Shown here: positions 62,656 through 64,000 of the stretch, one piece after another
How positions within the stretch are numbered: position 1 is the stretch's first letter
How the letters are laid out: every line of letters begins with the position of its first letter
Assembly (NCBI GenBank): GCA_027623195.1
Contig: JAQBUT010000009.1
Span: 26,528 to 90,527 of the forward strand
Source: Chloroflexota bacterium
Lineage (GTDB): Bacteria > Chloroflexota > Dehalococcoidia > Lucifugimonadales > JADFKI01
Reading direction: 5' to 3'
Length of the DNA stretch: 64,000 nucleotides
Program-made: the position numbers and the translations under genes
The notes under the pieces: model-generated
What the model was told of the DNA's origin: nothing
Database searches by the model: none
Seen by the model: only the letters and a program-made list of their open reading frames with translations

Positions 62656-63792
62656 CTAGTCGGCGGCTGGAACGGAGGCCCCGGCTTTGCCTTCGATCCT
62701 GTCGATGTGACGTTGCTCCAGCTTCATAGGCGAGCCTGTGCCCCCAAGACGGAACATCAGCATTTCAGCTATGACGCTGATAGCAATCTCATCCGGAGTC
62801 CTGGCATGGATGTCCAGACCTATGGGCGCCCGCAACTCCTCGATGCGTTCCTTGGAGATGCCCATGCGCATCAGGTCCTCGTAGATCATGATGATCTTGC
62901 GCCTGCTACCCAGCAGTCCCACGTACTTCGCCGACGTTTTTGCCGCCGCAGCCAGGGCCACGTTGTCATAGCGATGGCCTCTGGTGGCCACTATGATGAA
63001 CGTGTTCGGGTTTATCGGAAGCTCTGACATCGCCTCCTCGGGCGTCTTCACAAGAGTCATCTCTGCGTCTGGGAAGCGATCAGGGTTAGCGAACTCCGCC
63101 CTGTCGTCCGTAACGTACACGAGAAAGCCCAGCTTCTGGGCCAATGGCGCTATGGCGTTGGAGACGTGCCCGCCGCCGCAAAGCACCAGCTTAGGTGGCG
63201 TGGTATAGGCTTCAATGAAATATTCGGAGCCTGAGCCGGTTATGACGTACTCATTCTTGCCGTGGACCATAAGCTCCGTGCCTTTGGACATGGCGCTCTG
63301 GTCTAATTCCAGCGTTCCCAACGTGCCCACCGTAGAGCCGTCACCCCGCATGAACAGCTTGGCGCCGATCTTGGCGCCGTTGCCGTCACCAGGATTGATG
63401 AGGCTGGCGAGCGCGACAGGGTCGCCGCCCTGATATGCCTGGTCTATCTCCTTGGCAAAGTCCAGGTATTCCTCAGGCTTGTACACGGGATCGATAAGGA
63501 AGTACATGGTGCCGCCACAGATTAGGCCGTCTTCGGCTGCCAGCTCTTCGTTAAGCTCGTATTCGCGGTACTCTGACGCTCCGCCCTTTTTCATCAGCTC
63601 GCTGGCGGCAAACCAGATATCGCCCTCTACGCAGCCTCCGCCCAGCGTGCCAACTCCGGTGCCGTCTTTCCGCACCAGCAGCTTGGAGCCCGGTTTTTGT
63701 GGGGTCGATCCCTTGGTCCTGATCACGGTGGCTACCACCATGGGGTCGGCCTTACCCAACACATTAATAGCTTCTTGGAATACTTCGTGCAT
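62656..63792 (-). CDS. XdhC/CoxF-family molybdoenzyme maturation protein
   Basis: GSTP..PG, GGGCVE, CGG, GGGHV, TRGH, GLLGSR.K, PIGL.I....P.EIA. Confidence 0.92.
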   Translation of the reverse strand: MHEVFQEAINVLGKADPMVVATVIRTKGSTPQKPGSKLLVRKDGTGVGTLGGGCVEGDIWFAASELMKKGGASEYREYELNEELAAEDGLICGGTMYFLIDPVYKPEEYLDFAKEIDQAYQGGDPVALASLINPGDGNGAKIGAKLFMRGDGSTVGTLGTLELDQSAMSKGTELMVHGKNEYVITGSGSEYFIEAYTTPPKLVLCGGGHVSNAIAPLAQKLGFLVYVTDDRAEFANPDRFPDAEMTLVKTPEEAMSELPINPNTFIIVATRGHRYDNVALAAAAKTSAKYVGLLGSRRKIIMIYEDLMRMGISKERIEELRAPIGLDIHARTPDEIAISVIAEMLMFRLGGTGSPMKLEQRHIDRIEGKAGASVPAAD

Positions 63793-64000
63793 GCCTAATC
63801 ACCATTGTTCTGGGTCTTCGTTAGTCTTAATAATATGAGAATTGCTACCTAAATAGCTTAACAATTCGGTGCTCGTAATTCAATCGCGGTCTGATTTAGG
63901 ATGCTATAAACGAGCCTTTTAAAGGCCTTAGACTAAGGTGGATCTACTTATTCAAACAACAATGAGGCCAAATTAAGAGAGTCTTCCGCTACTTGGGGGC

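Overview
Gene-dense bacterial chromosome segment with no phage, transposase, CRISPR, rRNA or tRNA that I can recognise. The gene complement (F420:NADP oxidoreductase npdG, peptidase MA, EF-G2, loop-less tRNA nucleotidyltransferase, XdhC/MocA, NIPSNAP, DUF885, DUF3179) suggests Chloroflexota, probably Dehalococcoidia/SAR202-like; this is inference. Contents: a rubrerythrin-VIT1 iron exporter next to a two-component module and a DoxX gene, nfo, secDF, def, etfBA, a metF-like gene, lipA, rlmD-maf-tatBC, tatA, a ChdC/Cld-family gene, htrA, two aminotransferases, galE, an oxalate-CoA-ligase-like gene, a NitT/TauT ABC transporter, PPi-PFK, a SAM-I riboswitch heading an mtnA-mtnP...ahcY...metK-pgm run, an S9 peptidase, an ABC-F, and mocA-xdhC. 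Main observations beyond the ORF track: (1) a DosS-type heme-GAF/PAS kinase split by one in-frame TAA, with a tandem-repeat operator pair spaced 31 bp in both flanking promoter regions; (2) two tandem desulforedoxin-like microproteins (38 and 47 aa) behind a near-consensus promoter; (3) a 31-aa basic microprotein inside the SAM-I-headed cluster; (4) a predicted CC-adding enzyme; (5) a double zinc-ribbon gene with a ~200-nt multi-hairpin leader; (6) degenerate REP-like inverted doublets. Several starts were moved from the ORF track to RBS-supported codons.
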